Shown piece after piece: positions 40,648-53,875 of a DNA stretch of 64,000 nucleotides (position 1 is its first letter; each line of letters starts with the position of its first letter). This stretch comes from Tubulanus polymorphus (lineage: Eukaryota > Animalia > Nemertea): assembly GCF_964204645.1 (NCBI RefSeq), contig NC_134029.1, positions 10,442,850-10,506,849 of the forward strand, read 5' to 3'. The notes below the pieces were generated by a model, which saw nothing but the letters and a program-made list of their open reading frames with translations, searched no databases and was not told where the DNA came from. Position numbers and translations under genes: made by a program.

Positions 40648-43069
40648 CTCTTTCAGTGCCCAGTCGACTTTCATTGCTTAATTGATTGGCAGGGCCTATT
40701 AGTTTGTTTTGTGGTGTTGCAAGAAACCATTTTACAGTTGCTAGCCACCATTTTTGGTTTACCTTTGTCAGCGATATGATGTTGGCATTGCGCCAATTCA
40801 TGTAAAGTCGCCGTACGTTTTTTTATGTGAGCATTTGTTTCATTGGTTCTCGGTTAAACGACGTATAATCGATGCGATTGAAGACATGGCGAACCATTGT
40901 TTTTGGCGGGAAAATTCTTAGCTCTCGCGTATAAAATTTTAATGACCTCTATTGGGGATGTCGGCTCTACGTAATGGCGTATGTTTCATTGGACTAGGTG
41001 TGAATTTCAAATGCTCATTGCTGGTGAGGATTTAATTATTTCACACATCCGGTATTGTTTCATTTTGATACCCGGTGATTGTTTTGATTGACATTGAGGT
41101 GTAAGCGAATATTCACTTACACGAGGCCTCCGCGTGCGTGCGGAGTGCTACACGACATACACACAAGCTCGTACAGTACACTACCGTACTAAGGGTGATG
41201 CTGTAACGCGTTCACGTTTGACATGAAAATAGGCTGAATAATCGTAGCAGAAGATGAGCGCTGTGTTTTCTGTTCGATAATTTGTAATAAATTATAATTT
41301 CTTGTGACCTGAAAATACTAAGCAGCAAACTATAAGGTATGTCGAGGTCTGAATATTGTAGTGGTAAATTCCAGGATTTAAAAAGATCTAATAGCCGATT
41401 TCTTCTGTACCGGTATTCAAGCTTCCGCGGCCAACATTGGAAGAGGTTTCCAAGACCCAATATTCAGCCACCCTTTGATTTGTGACATCATGTGAATTTT
41501 AGGCCATCCCAAAATAATGGTCTATTTGCCGTAACCCGACCTACACCACTTCAAAGGTACCGAGTGAAAACTTTTTTCTGGGATTCATTGAAATAAATTT
41601 TATTTTCGATAAAAACAGCCGGCCGACCCACTGCCGACGTATGAGCTACGTATGTTTGAATTCAAGTGTGCATCGTGTGAAAACATGCCTTGACATGTGG
41701 CCTAGATTAAGTTTTCCGGGAAACTGGCAGTGTTCCAATAAGCTGCCATTCATTCTAATGGTGACTATATTAAAGCTGGTTACGTAATAGCGCGCACATA
41801 TTCAATGTACTGTTTGTACTGTAACACAGAGATGACGCTCTGGACGAAGTTATAATTTTAGAATAATTCTTGAAATCTAGGCTAGGAAATTAGACAAATT
41901 TCCCGTGCACAACGTAGATAATTTTTTTGCGATATTTTTTCCATGTAAAAAAGCCCAAAGGTGAAAAATTTGTTTTTTTTTGCCCAAAAACTTTGCAAAA
42001 AATAAATTTCTACCTACCTACCGACTTATCCTGAAAAGTTGAGTCGGTGTTACGGCAAACAGACAATTATTTTGGGATGGCCTTATTTGAATATTTTTTC
42101 ATATTGTGAAACTTATTTTTTTGAAAATATAAAAAGTTTCCCTGCCGCGCCTACCTGTACCCTACAAAATTTTGGACGTGGACCGTAAACAAATGTATAT
42201 CTTTGGTCTTATTTGACTACAAAATAATTATTTAAGAAAGATAAAATACAATATAAACTTGTGGAACTTTAAATTCATGAATTAAAAAGATTTTTCAAGC
42301 AATGCCCTTATTCCAAACAACCTCTAGCTTTGAAGGTAAACCACACTTTGCCCATGGGCAATTTATTTTAAGGTACTTATGTCCTGTATTGTTTGGTCAT
42401 TTTTTTTCTCTTTTAAAAACCATTCGTGGTGCGTGTTTTTCCAAAATGGCGGCTAGCAACTGTAAAATGGTTTATTCAAAATGTTTGAGTTTTACAATGT
42501 TGATAAAATATTCCATTGTCAGCTCTTTTTTTATCTTAAAATAGGGATTGTCCCTGTTATTTATTTGGTTGGTAAATTTCATTCGATTTTTTGATTGTGT
42601 GTCTCCCTTACAGACCCACCACACCTGCCGGGATCGAAACAGGGGGTTTGATTACGAAATCAGAAATCGAAGTACAGATATAGTTGTGGGATCAGCGGTC
42701 AAGTTTACAGAATGTTTTGTTAAAATTGAAGTACATAATTGGGAAATTCAGGCCATTGTCAGCTCTTAGCTGAGGCTAGATACCCAATTTGTTCATGTTC
42801 ATACCTGAAATTTAGGGAATTATCAAAGAAATAGGTCATCAACTATTATTTAAGCAAATTAGCTCATTTCCATAAGATATAGGCCACTTTCAGTAAGAAA
42901 AATTATGAAAGGGTCATAGCTTACAAACTTATCAATTACCTTTAAGCTCTATCTCTTACAGTTTTCACTGTATAGAGCCCAAAAGTTACTACTGATTTTC
43001 CTACTTTTTAGTAAATGATGACGGGCACTCTCAGGGTTTTTCTCAAATCACACATGAGCACTGAAAGAG
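40648..43069. mobile_element. Non-autonomous piggyBac-like element
   Basis: TTAA|CTCTTTCAGTGC ... GCACTGAAAGAG|TTAA. Confidence 0.8.
41502..42082. mobile_element. PIF/Harbinger-type MITE nested in the piggyBac-like element
   Basis: ~38-bp TIR starting GGCCATCCCAAAATAAT; TTA TSD; matching empty site at 5472-5474. Confidence 0.92.
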
Positions 43070-43244
43070 TTAATTTCTTCTACTGCGCTGTAGTGATAAT
43101 ATTACTGTGCATTGGCACAGTCACTTTATGAATGTCCATACCATATGTAACACAGTGATACACTGCTGTGGATCGCCTCTCTTAACAGCATACCTGGACA
43201 CGATTCCAAAAATTTTCTTTGAATATCTGTGGCAGGCGAAATAT

Positions 43245-43543
43245 AGCCGTAATCACACAGAAGCTCGGGCCAAATTTGGCTAATTAGAGAGAGCGTTCAC
43301 ACGCAAACCATTCACTAGATACTAAACAATGCTCAAACAAAGCGAAGTGGATCATTTCAGGTGCCAGTTGCAATTCAATCATTTGTCTGGTGCTAAAGTT
43401 TGGCTCGGGCCTGGTCCGATGTTTTTGGTTGTGCCAAATTTGGCCCGGTCAAACAGGGTCGGGCCCATTTGGCACCCGTGTGAATAGTTGTTCAAATTAG
43501 GCCAAATTAGGTACGGACCAAAAATGCTTGTGTGATCGCGGCT
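43245..43543. mobile_element. Harbinger-type MITE (family copy B)
   Basis: Homologous to 34090-34384. Confidence 0.75.
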
Positions 43544-44143
43544 TTTGTTGCTCAGCATATCAACAATATTCACTATCAACTACAATGTTGACAAAGTTTT
43601 TGAAGTCAAAAACGTCAACAGACCTAGTTTGCCACTAAATCGTTGGCGGTAAGCTATTATATTATATATTATAACAGATAACTATCTAATTATAATAATC
43701 AGATCGGCCTATTGTTTTAGGCTACCGCGTAAATATCCTACCGAGGTACTGTTAACCCTGACATACTCCAACAACTGACCTATATAGTAGTGGCGACCAT
43801 ATCTTTATCATAAACTAGACTGGTTTAGTTTTGTGCTCTCCTAAAAAAGGGAAGAGCTTAACCAGCTGCGGATTGAATTATGCCATCAAATTAATTTGCA
43901 ATGAATTTTTTTTCAACGCAACTTTGATAGTCGAAAACAATTATGGTGATAATTTTAAGAACATGGTCCCCGTAGTGCGGCAAAAATATAGATTTGAAAG
44001 TGCCCTCTGCAACAATTCGCGCTAGTCAACTTAGTTCCAATTTTGGCCGCACGGGGCGCTAAATTTGACGTCATCTTTGACAATGCGTCAAAATCATCTA
44101 CATGATAAAGCAATAAGAAGCACTCTAAAAACAGTTGTAGAAA

Positions 44144-45184
44144 ATGTCAAACAGCAGCGATGACAGCGAAACTTTGGATTTTGAATACGGACATTCAGGA
44201 GAAATTAAACCGTATTTGTTTGAGCCGATTATCAGTGACGTTACGCAACAAACTGATGATTTTGACGCGAGTGGCAGCCAAGTGGGTCATAATGAAGCAT
44301 CTGCTATTTCAAATGAATCCGAGCCTTCTGAAGACGATATCGACAGCGAGGAAGAGTACCATCAACGTCAAGATAATAAAGACTGGTAAATCAAAATATA
44401 TATTGAAACCGGCATGTAAAGCGAGGCCGTCTTGTGATACGGGCATTGCCAGTACAGTAGTACAATACAGTTCAGTAGGCCTACGTATGTGTATACGTTG
44501 CGACCCTCGCCGCACGTGCACTGCTGTCAGGTGTAGCCAGGCTCTTATCATTCACAACCATGTCGAAATTAAAGACATGTTATTGAGAGTAAGACTTGAG
44601 TAGCGGGTACTGCAAAGATATAGTAAGGTACTGTCTCAATCACATATTTTAGATTTTCTCTACCCATCGAGCCAATATCTTTTCAGGTGTTCCTGTAGAA
44701 ACAGTTTGACCAATAATTACAACTGTTCACCTATGCAGACCCCTAGAGAATGTGTGTGCTGCAAGGAATTTGGGAACCTCGTCGATATCATCAATGAAAA
44801 CCAATCAACTTGCATCACTGAAATTCAAGGCTTTAGAGTAAACTGCCTCGATCCAGAAGTCCTCAGAGTGTCCTTTTTGAACTAGCAGCACAAGAAGGCC
44901 CTTACGATGACGACGAACCGGTTTTTAAGTAAATAAAATGATGAACTTTTCTTATATATATTTATTTACATTTTACAGTTGAATGATTAACTAAATAGAT
45001 TCTAATTTATAGACTATACAGATACATAGCCTACACAAGATTTTGTAGATGGGCATGGGGACGCCTGGGCAAGAGAAATAGAAGAATCCTGCCATCCTGC
45101 GTAGTGTCAATAATTAGACTAAAGTGGCCGGCACCAGACAATATATATACCGGTTTCCAGTGTCCTACAATTCCAGATAACTGA
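44144..45184 (+). pseudogene. KolX / P2X7-ballast-like Cys-rich protein, 3 exons (44144-44385, 44687-~44928, 45013-45184)
   Basis: PYLFEP, WCSC..C.PM....ECVCC.E, CIT...GF..NCL, YRYIAY.RF.RW.WG.LG..NRRILPSC.V..IR..P....YTGF; one frameshift near 44880. Confidence 0.8.
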
Positions 45185-45286
45185 AACCTTGTTTTAATTC
45201 ATTTTATGTGTACATTCTTCATTTTATATCTGTAATTAAACTTCAATAATACTAATTTTAGATTCAGTTACTCGCTACTTTTTAGT

Positions 45287-46690
45287 TTACAGTCTTTTCG
45301 CAGATTTCTGTCGCTTTGCTATTTTATCCCCAGAAGCAGTTCTTTTAGTCGGAAGGTTGAACCTGCTTACCTGTGCCAAAACCACATCTTCTTTCTGGAT
45401 TTCGGATCTGTCATAAGCATCAGCAACAAAGCCCTTTTCTCTTCCTTTACTGGTCTCTAGCCGGCGATCCATTGCATCGTCCATCTTTGGTATAACTTTG
45501 CGAATATTCCATACTTCTTGAAGACAATCAGACAAATAATCTGCAAATATAACAATCATTTACTTTTAGGTTTTTATTCAGTTTCATTATGTATGCAGCT
45601 GCATTCACTTCATTTGAAAAGATGTTTTGAATAGATTTTTTAAAATTGGAACACCATGGCCAACAGATGTATGTTGTCGGAACTTTCACCTCTTTTGCCA
45701 CAGGCATACCCTTCTTCCACTTAGGGTAAAACAGCTGATATTGAAGTGTTCCATCCCTGGTACAAGCTTGGTCCCTTCCACGATTTTCATTGCAATGCAA
45801 CGCCGACAGTTGCAATCTATAAACAGAAAACATGTGTCAAAAAAGAGTACAGTAATACTGATTATCCACCGCCCTTGAACACTGACACTCAAATCTTGGT
45901 ACATGTATGTAATTGAAGGTGGAAGTGAGTGTTAAACAACCAAAAGTTAAGAGTACAGAATCCCATTATTTATTTTAAGACAAAGCTAAATGAACTACTC
46001 TGAATTACCTGGCATTCATTGAATCGTAAAAATAATGTAATGATTTTGGAGCGAAGTAAATCACTACTCTGTGGAAGGACTCCAATGATGATGTCTGCGC
46101 TCTTGGTGAGATTTTTCCGACATCTGCTTGTAGGTATTTGTTCAGCACAATCCCTTTCAAAACTTAGTGCACAGCAGATCCTAAAAGTTAAAGTTATTAT
46201 TTGTTAGCTAGAGGGAGACTTATGCGCTCTAAATTCAAACGAAATTTAAGGCCATTACCTTTTTTGATACAGTGTCTTGCTTCAAGAGCCCCATGGATAC
46301 AATTCTTAAAAATGTTTCCCTTCATAGCCTTCATGCACATCAGAAACGTGATTGACGATCGATTTCCACTTGTCAATTACAACATCTGCCTGTCCATCAC
46401 TACTTGCCGCACACCAGTACATGTGATTGCTGACTGACCGTGACCATTCTACCAGGATTTGAAATTTTTTCTTCTTTGCTTGCAATTCAATCTTCTTAAA
46501 CACAGCTGAAAATTTCCCATGTGATCTTTTTATTGAAATCAATATGAGTTCACAACTGGAGTCACAAAATTAAATATGATTTTTACCTTTAGCAAGATGC
46601 ATACACATTTCTTCTCATCACAAAAGCCTGGTGGGTTTTTTAAGATTGTCTGTCCTTTTAATCTCTTCATTTGGGTTTTGACCTGTAAGA
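45287..46690 (-). pseudogene. Kolobok-type transposase, 3' exons
   Basis: W.RSV.NHMYWCAASS..KW.S..NH..DVH, SP.AQTSSLESFH.V..FAPK..YF..M.AR and LSALH.NEN..R.Q; convergent with the KolX-like gene. Confidence 0.75.
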
Positions 46691-46955
46691 TTGGGGTGTG
46701 ATAACTCTTTATCGTCAAAAAGTTTCTGTCTATATTATGTCTGGTTTAATTACTCCGCAGTTTATTGAATTGGAAACATAAACATTTGAAAACCACCCTC
46801 TTAGAAATCGGTTACTATTTAAGAGTAGACACTAGTAATAGTCACTCTTATAAGTAGCCGTTTTGACAAAGGTTACTAATAGTTACTATCCATTTGTAAA
46901 TGTATGGTTCCCATAGTCTACCTTTTCTAGAATGTACACTTTCAAAACTACACTG

Positions 46956-47265
46956 TTCAGAAAGTATACTATTTCAGAGTATACGGTACGAATCGTAGAC
47001 TCTGAATACCACATGTTTTACAACCAGAGACTTTCGAAAACCAACCGTTTCAGAAAGTATACTATTTAAAAGTGTACAATACGAATCGTAGACTCTGAAT
47101 ACCACATGTTTTACAACCGGAGACTTTCGAAAACCAACCGTTTCAGAAAGTATACTATTTAAAAGTGTACAATACGAATCGTAGACTCTGAATACCACAT
47201 GTTTTACAACCAGAGACTTTCGAGAACCAACTGTTTCAGAAAGTGTACTATTTGAAAGTGACTAT
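46956..47265. repeat. 93-bp tandem repeat, ~3.3 copies
   Basis: TTCAGAAAGT(A/G)TACTATTT recurs at ~46956, 47049, 47142 and 47235. Confidence 0.9.
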
Positions 47266-47664
47266 TCTAAAACATATACTACTGGAAAAGTGGCTGATAT
47301 CATTAATTGCTTATTGTTCTCAAGTGGCTACTAAGTAAAAGTAGACGTTTTAGCTCAAAAGTGGGATAGACATGTTCTTGGATTCAGCCTTTCATTTATC
47401 ATAAAAGCAGCATTTTTGGGATTTGATGGCATTTGCCTTTTAAGAATTTGTAACGCATTACCTCTCAGGAGTTTTACTGTGTATTGCCTATCTTTCCTCT
47501 GAAATATCTGGGAAAAGCCTCATTTATCATGATACAGAATAGCCTATTTCCAGTTGATTTTTATCAGTTACAAGTTTGTGTGATTTTTTAGTAAACGCAA
47601 AGGGCTCTCGTATGATGTAACATTTGATGAAGTGCACTAACGAAATCATGACTTTTTGACCCTT

Positions 47665-48077
47665 TATAGCATCGAAAATCCAACAGACGATACCAATAAT
47701 AACCAGGACGTATTTCGCTCTTGATATATGCTCGATTTCGTTCCTTTATTTGTTCCAAACAGTACAGTTGTTCCAACCAATTGTAACACTAACAGTAATG
47801 GTACACACAGTAGCTCCACATACAAAACACTGCAGCCGCTGTTTACATTATTCAAGCTCCGAATATCGAGATTTCTAGAAAAATACAAAATGACCTTAAA
47901 AATCCGAAAGGTTTAACATCTTTAAATCTCAATATAATCTAAAATAAACTTACAAACATGATACGATCTCCTGGCTCATATAACTTCAGAAAAAACAACA
48001 TGTTCTGCCCTGCAGCTATACTTCCGGAGCAGGGAGCACCATAAAAGGGGGCGCCACCATACATTTTGGCATCAACA
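47665..48077 (-). repeat. BEL 3' LTR
   Basis: Direct repeat of 63038-63451, adjacent to the PPT. Confidence 0.95.
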
Positions 48078-48332
48078 TACCCTCCCCCTTATGGGCACCC
48101 AGTCCCTTAACACTCAAAATCCTAAATTGATTCTACCATAATAACTAACACACATTTACCAAAGCGCCACCTTTCTTAAGTAAAGGAAACTTATCATTGC
48201 CCCTGAAGTGCTTATAAATCATTTGATAAAAATGAACAATACAACAAAAAACTAAAATTTAACATACTAGAACAACTAAATGCAATTACAGTGGAAAACA
48301 ATCAACCCGGTTATACATAAATGCGTATGCAA

Positions 48333-49413
48333 TTATTCATCCAATTCAAGTAATACTAATTTGTCCACAGGCCAGATCAACTCATTATCCTTAGTTTTTA
48401 ATAATACGCTTCTTACTAATCCGTCACTACCAAGAAACTCTTGAATTACTTTGCCTAACGGCCAGTTACACCTAGCAGCAGTATCATCTTTGATTAACAC
48501 AATATCGCCAGTGACTATATTTCTCCTGGGATTATGCCATTTTTGACGTTCTTGCATGAGGGGCAGATATTCCTTATTCCACCGACGCCAAAAAATGTTA
48601 GCTAAGTATTGTACCTGTCGCCATCTGCGACGCACATATATATCTGTATCAATGAAGATACCAGGTGGCAAGGTTTCACCAGGGCACAGTAATAAGAGGT
48701 GATTAGGTGTTAAAGCATGTATATCATCTTTGTTATCAGAAACATGGGTTAATGGACGGCTATTGACAACACTTTCAACCTCGCACATAAGCTTCTGCAA
48801 ACTTTCATCAGTCAACGTCTGCTGACACAGCAGAGCACCCAGTATTTTCCTTATGGATGCATCTTCCGGATGCATCTTACCCAGACGCCACCTAAATGGC
48901 TACCAGCAGGCGGGTTAAACTTCCAATTTATTTCCCGCTGAAGCAAGAAATTGGACACTTCCTGTTGATTCCAATTTGAAATACAAATCTTGAGTTCTCT
49001 CTCAGCCCCCACAAAATTAGAGCCGTTGTCACATCGGATCGACTCCGGTGAACCTCTACGGGCAATAAATCTCATCAAACCGTTTATAAAGGAAGGTGTA
49101 TCCATACTATGCAAAACTTCAATATGTATTGCACGACAAGCCAGACAAGTAAAGATACAACCGTACCGTTTTAACTGACTGCGACCGATTTTGACCATAA
49201 AAGGTCCGAACAGATCTACACCGACATTAGTGAATGGAGGTTTATCGGGTGTTACCCTGTCAGCGGGTAAATTAGCCATCTTTTGACCATGCACTGCACC
49301 TTGTCGTTTAATACAGTCTACACAACTACACAAGGCAGATCTCACTAGTGAGTTACCACGCGTTATCCAGAATTTCCCTCTAATAGCCGCCAAAACATGA
49401 TTCCTACCAGAAT
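48333..49413 (-). pseudogene. BEL integrase core and C-terminal domain
   Basis: VGVDLFGP, CIFTC..RAIHIE, DNGSNFVGA, NSRPLT..LTPNHLL, FWRRW..EY, WPLG. Confidence 0.92.
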
Positions 49414-49948
49414 CACAGGGACTTGTCACGATTGATAATGGATGAGACCAATGATGGGGGTACCAGTATCCCTGCAACTGTATAATAAAATAACAAGGGT
49501 GGCAAAAAATTTTCAATCTGACAATGACTTCTCCACTTCAATCGACTGTACTTCCAAAAATTCTCATCCGATTCGCATGAAATAAGCTTTAATACAACCT
49601 AGAAGACTTTCTGTTTCCAACGAGCCTTTAAACACCACTCTACGACAATTATCTCACAACGAAATCATCGTTTTTTGATGAGAGATAGCTCAAAATGGAG
49701 GTGTACCGATTCTGTGGTGGACAGCTAAATGGCAGTTTTTTTCACTTCAAACGATGATTTCTATGTGAGATCTTAGAGATAACCCCCACAAACCATACAT
49801 TTTTTAAAACTACGCGGTCATACCTGGACGCTAATCTCATTTATTTGTTTAATCCACGCGATGGGTGAGCTCACAAGCTCAAAATCGAAAATGAGGACGA
49901 ACACGGCGTTCAACTTGTCATCAACTGGGCGGCCATTAATCACGTGAT
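49414..49948 (+). repeat. Left long TIR of the P-type element
   Basis: Inverted copy at ~57713-58249. Confidence 0.9.
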
Positions 49949-50301
49949 ATCGTAGTAACGGGCTGAATATTTCACGCGCATTGATTGGCTTAGAGATTTC
50001 GAAAAAACATTACAAAATTTATTAACAAAGTTCTGATAATTAATAAAATATCCGTATTATGAAAATATAGTGCAACATTCGTCTGAGGGGTGGTATTATT
50101 TGCAAATATTTCCTTTTTTCAAGTCTACAGACGTAGACTTGCCGCGGTCTATCAACATAGCACGAAGTGTTCTCATTGGTCAGAAGTTTCAATGACGTCA
50201 TTACGCACGAAATTCAAAATCTGAAAATCGAAAATTCGTCACGCTGTTGGGCGATTGAGATGACTGCCTGACTACTACATGTTTGTAGATTATAAATTAT
50301 A

Positions 50302-53300
50302 ATGACATCGGCTATAGTTTCATGGTCAGTATAATCTGAAATATAATGACTTAGCAGGCCTCTAACTTGGCCTAGGCCTAATAAAAAATTATCAGTCCAA
50401 ATTTGTGCAAATTAAAAACATAATACGGTACACAAGCAACGCCAGTCGCGGTGCGTGGCGGGTGTAGGGCCTACCTGAAATAAAAGCAGGGTGCAGAGCC
50501 TAAATGTCTATTTCAACTTGACTTGGGGAAAGGACTTTAGGTGGCCCAGCTCAGTCAGTTTTTTACGTGGTAGGCCTACATCAGGCAAACCTGGTCTTTA
50601 GACAACTTTACTTTTAAAGGAACAGGAATGGACTGGCAGTTGTAAACTAAAACATTGTTTTTAAATAGGCCCACATTTTACACTGTAGTAGTAAGGCCGG
50701 CCTAGCCCAAGGATTGCAAAAAGGACTTCTTCATCGAATGGGGTTGATTGAATAAAGAAAAGTGACTCCATGATTTGAATGTTTAACAACGTGTTTCCAT
50801 TCCATACCTAACCATGATTAGGCCTAGGCCTAGATGAAAATAGCTTCAGTTGGTAGGCGCGGCATGGAGGCATAGGCCTTTAACCACCTGCGGCTGCATC
50901 AGGTAGGCTATTTACCGCCTTACGTATGCAGACCTGCCACCTATGACATTATATGACATTATTAGGCCTTTAGGCCTAGGCCTAGATAATTTTGTCAAAA
51001 TAGGTAAGAAAAATAGGCCTAGACCTAAATGATCCAGGATCACCATTTTGGGAAGGCCTAATATTTGATTCAATATAAGTTCTTTTTTATATTCTAGGTT
51101 ATCACTAAATCTGATTGAGGATGAAACTTCACCAGGAGTACCAGTGCAAACTGTATACTTGCATTATCAAGAAAGCTGCCTGTCATCTGGTACATCGCCG
51201 GTCAATGATATTACATTCGGGAAATACATTCACGGATTATTCGGAGTTACCAAAAAACGAATTCGAGACTCAAAAGTTTCCAGAGTATTCATCTATCCAG
51301 GAATTTCACTAAGAGAAGAAAATGACTCGGATGAACGCAGCTTAAACGAATTAATTGACAATGCTACATTGGATCATACATGTATTGCATACAAAAGAAA
51401 GGACTTGTATGTAATTGAGATCGATTCAGGATATGCAGTGAACAACAATTCTGTGATGAAAAAAGTTATCTTAAATGGCACGGATTATACCTGGCAATTG
51501 ATGATCGGTACAACCCCAATAGAACTACAGTTATATGGAATATCAAATAGATATACACGTACAGTTCACTCGATCTCATCAATCATTCTCATTGTGAAAA
51601 AAATCAGACTTTGCCTGGGAAAAGTTAAACCGTTTATATCCATTGTGAAAGATATCTTCGTGGAGACAATATCCGATGGAAACAACTTTTCTACAGTGTG
51701 TCTACGTATGAAGACATGTGAACGTATCCTGACATTTATCAAAGACAGTAAATCATCGTCATATAGGAAATGCAATGATATAACACTATGTGAAAAGCCT
51801 AAACGAAATTCAATCGAAATTCGAGATAGTGGTGACATGTCAAAAATTATGGATGCAATATTCCCACACGCAACAAGTAAGTTTTATTTCATAAAAAATG
51901 GAGTCTAATTTTTTTTAGTATCTACTAAATTTGAACTTCTTCTTTAGGTGAAATGAAAACTCTGATGGAGCAACAAAGAAAGATGCTGGCTACATCAGGT
52001 GTCAACAGTCATCGCTGGGATAGAAAATTAATTGCTCAATGCCTGTCGCTTTGGGCAAGGAGCCCTGATTCGTATCGTAACCTTAAAGAATCAGGTTATT
52101 TGATTCTACCATCCGAACGTTTACTTAGAATGTATAAAAATTCAGTTCCACAAGAGTCGGGCTTGAATACCGAAACCCTGGAATGGATGATAAACGTAGC
52201 AACGAGGCGGAAAATTTCAAAAGAGGGATTCGTTGGAGGATTGTTGCTCGATGAAATGTCAATCGAAAAAAAACATCGTGACAGTTGGAGATGGAGATCG
52301 ACTACGTCTTGTTGGCTTTGTAGAATCTGGGCCAGAGGCCAATGACCTGGAAATCATAAAGAGTAACACCAGAGAGCAATCATTGGCTTCGCACGTATTG
52401 CAATTCGAATTTGTTGGATTTACAGGATTCCGCTTTCCTATCTGCCACTTTCCAACAAAGCAAGCATCAGCAACTGATATATATGTAATGTTTTGGGAGA
52501 TCGTATCAATCTAGACGGCGCAATTACAAATCGTCAATTTGTGAAATTACACTTTTCCGGTAACCCTTCTGAAGCAGTTTTCTCAGTACAAAATGATGAC
52601 AAAATGTTCTTTATAATGGACATCAAACATACATTTAAAAAGATCAGGAATAGTTTATTCGCCAGTTCACCAAGTAGCAGGAAACGCCATATCTTTATTA
52701 ATGGACAGCATTTCGAATGGAAAATGTTCAATAGTTTCAATAAGAGACGACCGCATAAAGAAACTAATTGCAATATTGAAATGGTTTAATGATTGGGAAA
52801 AATCTGTTATAAATGACAGCAATCTTCAACCTACCAATAAATTTCTGATGACTGCAGAGTGCAGAGAAGATTTAAAGTCATCCTTGCTGGGATTCATATC
52901 GTTGTGTGAACATAGGTAAATACACAAACATTAAATGACAGCTTTTCAAAAGATATTTCAATACCTGATATGGTCGTACATCTTGGGGCTAATATGATAG
53001 AATTTAGTTTAGAACCTTAAATATAGCTTACTAATCTAAATTATATAATGACAAAGATAAATGTCCCTGTTCTACATTCTTAATTGTTTCTTTCAAACAA
53101 TGAGTCTAGGGTTATTTATCGAAAATAATAACAATCCAAAAATGTTCAAGGACTACTGTAAATCTATGTTGCCACCAGTTACAACCCAATTTGTTTGAAA
53201 GAATAACCTATTTTATGAGAATGTCATCCATAAAATTCATTTGTAATGCATAATTTCAGGTTCAACGACAAGTATGACACAAGTAATAAATCCCAGCCGC

Positions 53301-53552
53301 CTTAATTCCGATGAGATTGAGAACCATTTCTGCCAACAACGTAGCTTAAATGGGAATAAATCCAATCCCACGTATGCCGATTATAAGAAGTCAGTGAACA
53401 CCATAATACTAACGCAGAAAACAGTTTCACGTAAATCGAACGCGGCAAATAATAAACAATCGGCAGATCCGTTTTGTTTCCGAACGGACAGACCATTGAA
53501 CCCTCGACCATCTAAAAGAATTGCGCTGATGGATATTTCCAATCAAAGGTAA
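50302..53552 (+). pseudogene. P-element/THAP9-family transposase with N-terminal RFX-like winged helix; exons 50302-50324, 51098-51876, 51948-52915, 53260-53552
   Basis: RW...I..CL.L..RSP..Y..L...LILPS.R.L, LLLDEMSI, DGA..NR, D.KH.FKKIRN, LNSD.IENHFCQQRS..G...NPT. The first two introns are phase-consistent. Frameshifts at ~52270, ~52505 and ~52735. Confidence 0.85.
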
Positions 53553-53875
53553 ATTAAAACCTCTATTAGTATCTATTACAAGATCTCCACATTTAAATAA
53601 TACAGCGATAATTATAAAAACATGAAAAGGCTAAAAAATGATACCTTGGTTCTCTGCAGTGGCCGAGTCACTTTCGTCAACTCCAATAAAATTTGTAATC
53701 AGTTCATTTCTATAGCAGCCGGGTCTGTTATGGTAAAATTGATCACGATTTTTAAAAGTAATGTACAGGGTAGGTAGGCGGCCGGCAGCGTAAAATTTTA
53801 AGCTCTGTAGACTGAGAAACAAGGTATCAATTTTTTTAGCCTAATCATTGCATAATGTTACCTACCGCTGATTTA

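Noticed and set aside
44144-45184. Host P2X7 receptor gene
   Set aside because: No transmembrane or ectodomain exons; it is paired with a transposase.
47665-48077. ORFs 47664-47888 and 63034-63261 as duplicated genes
   Set aside because: They lie within the BEL LTRs.
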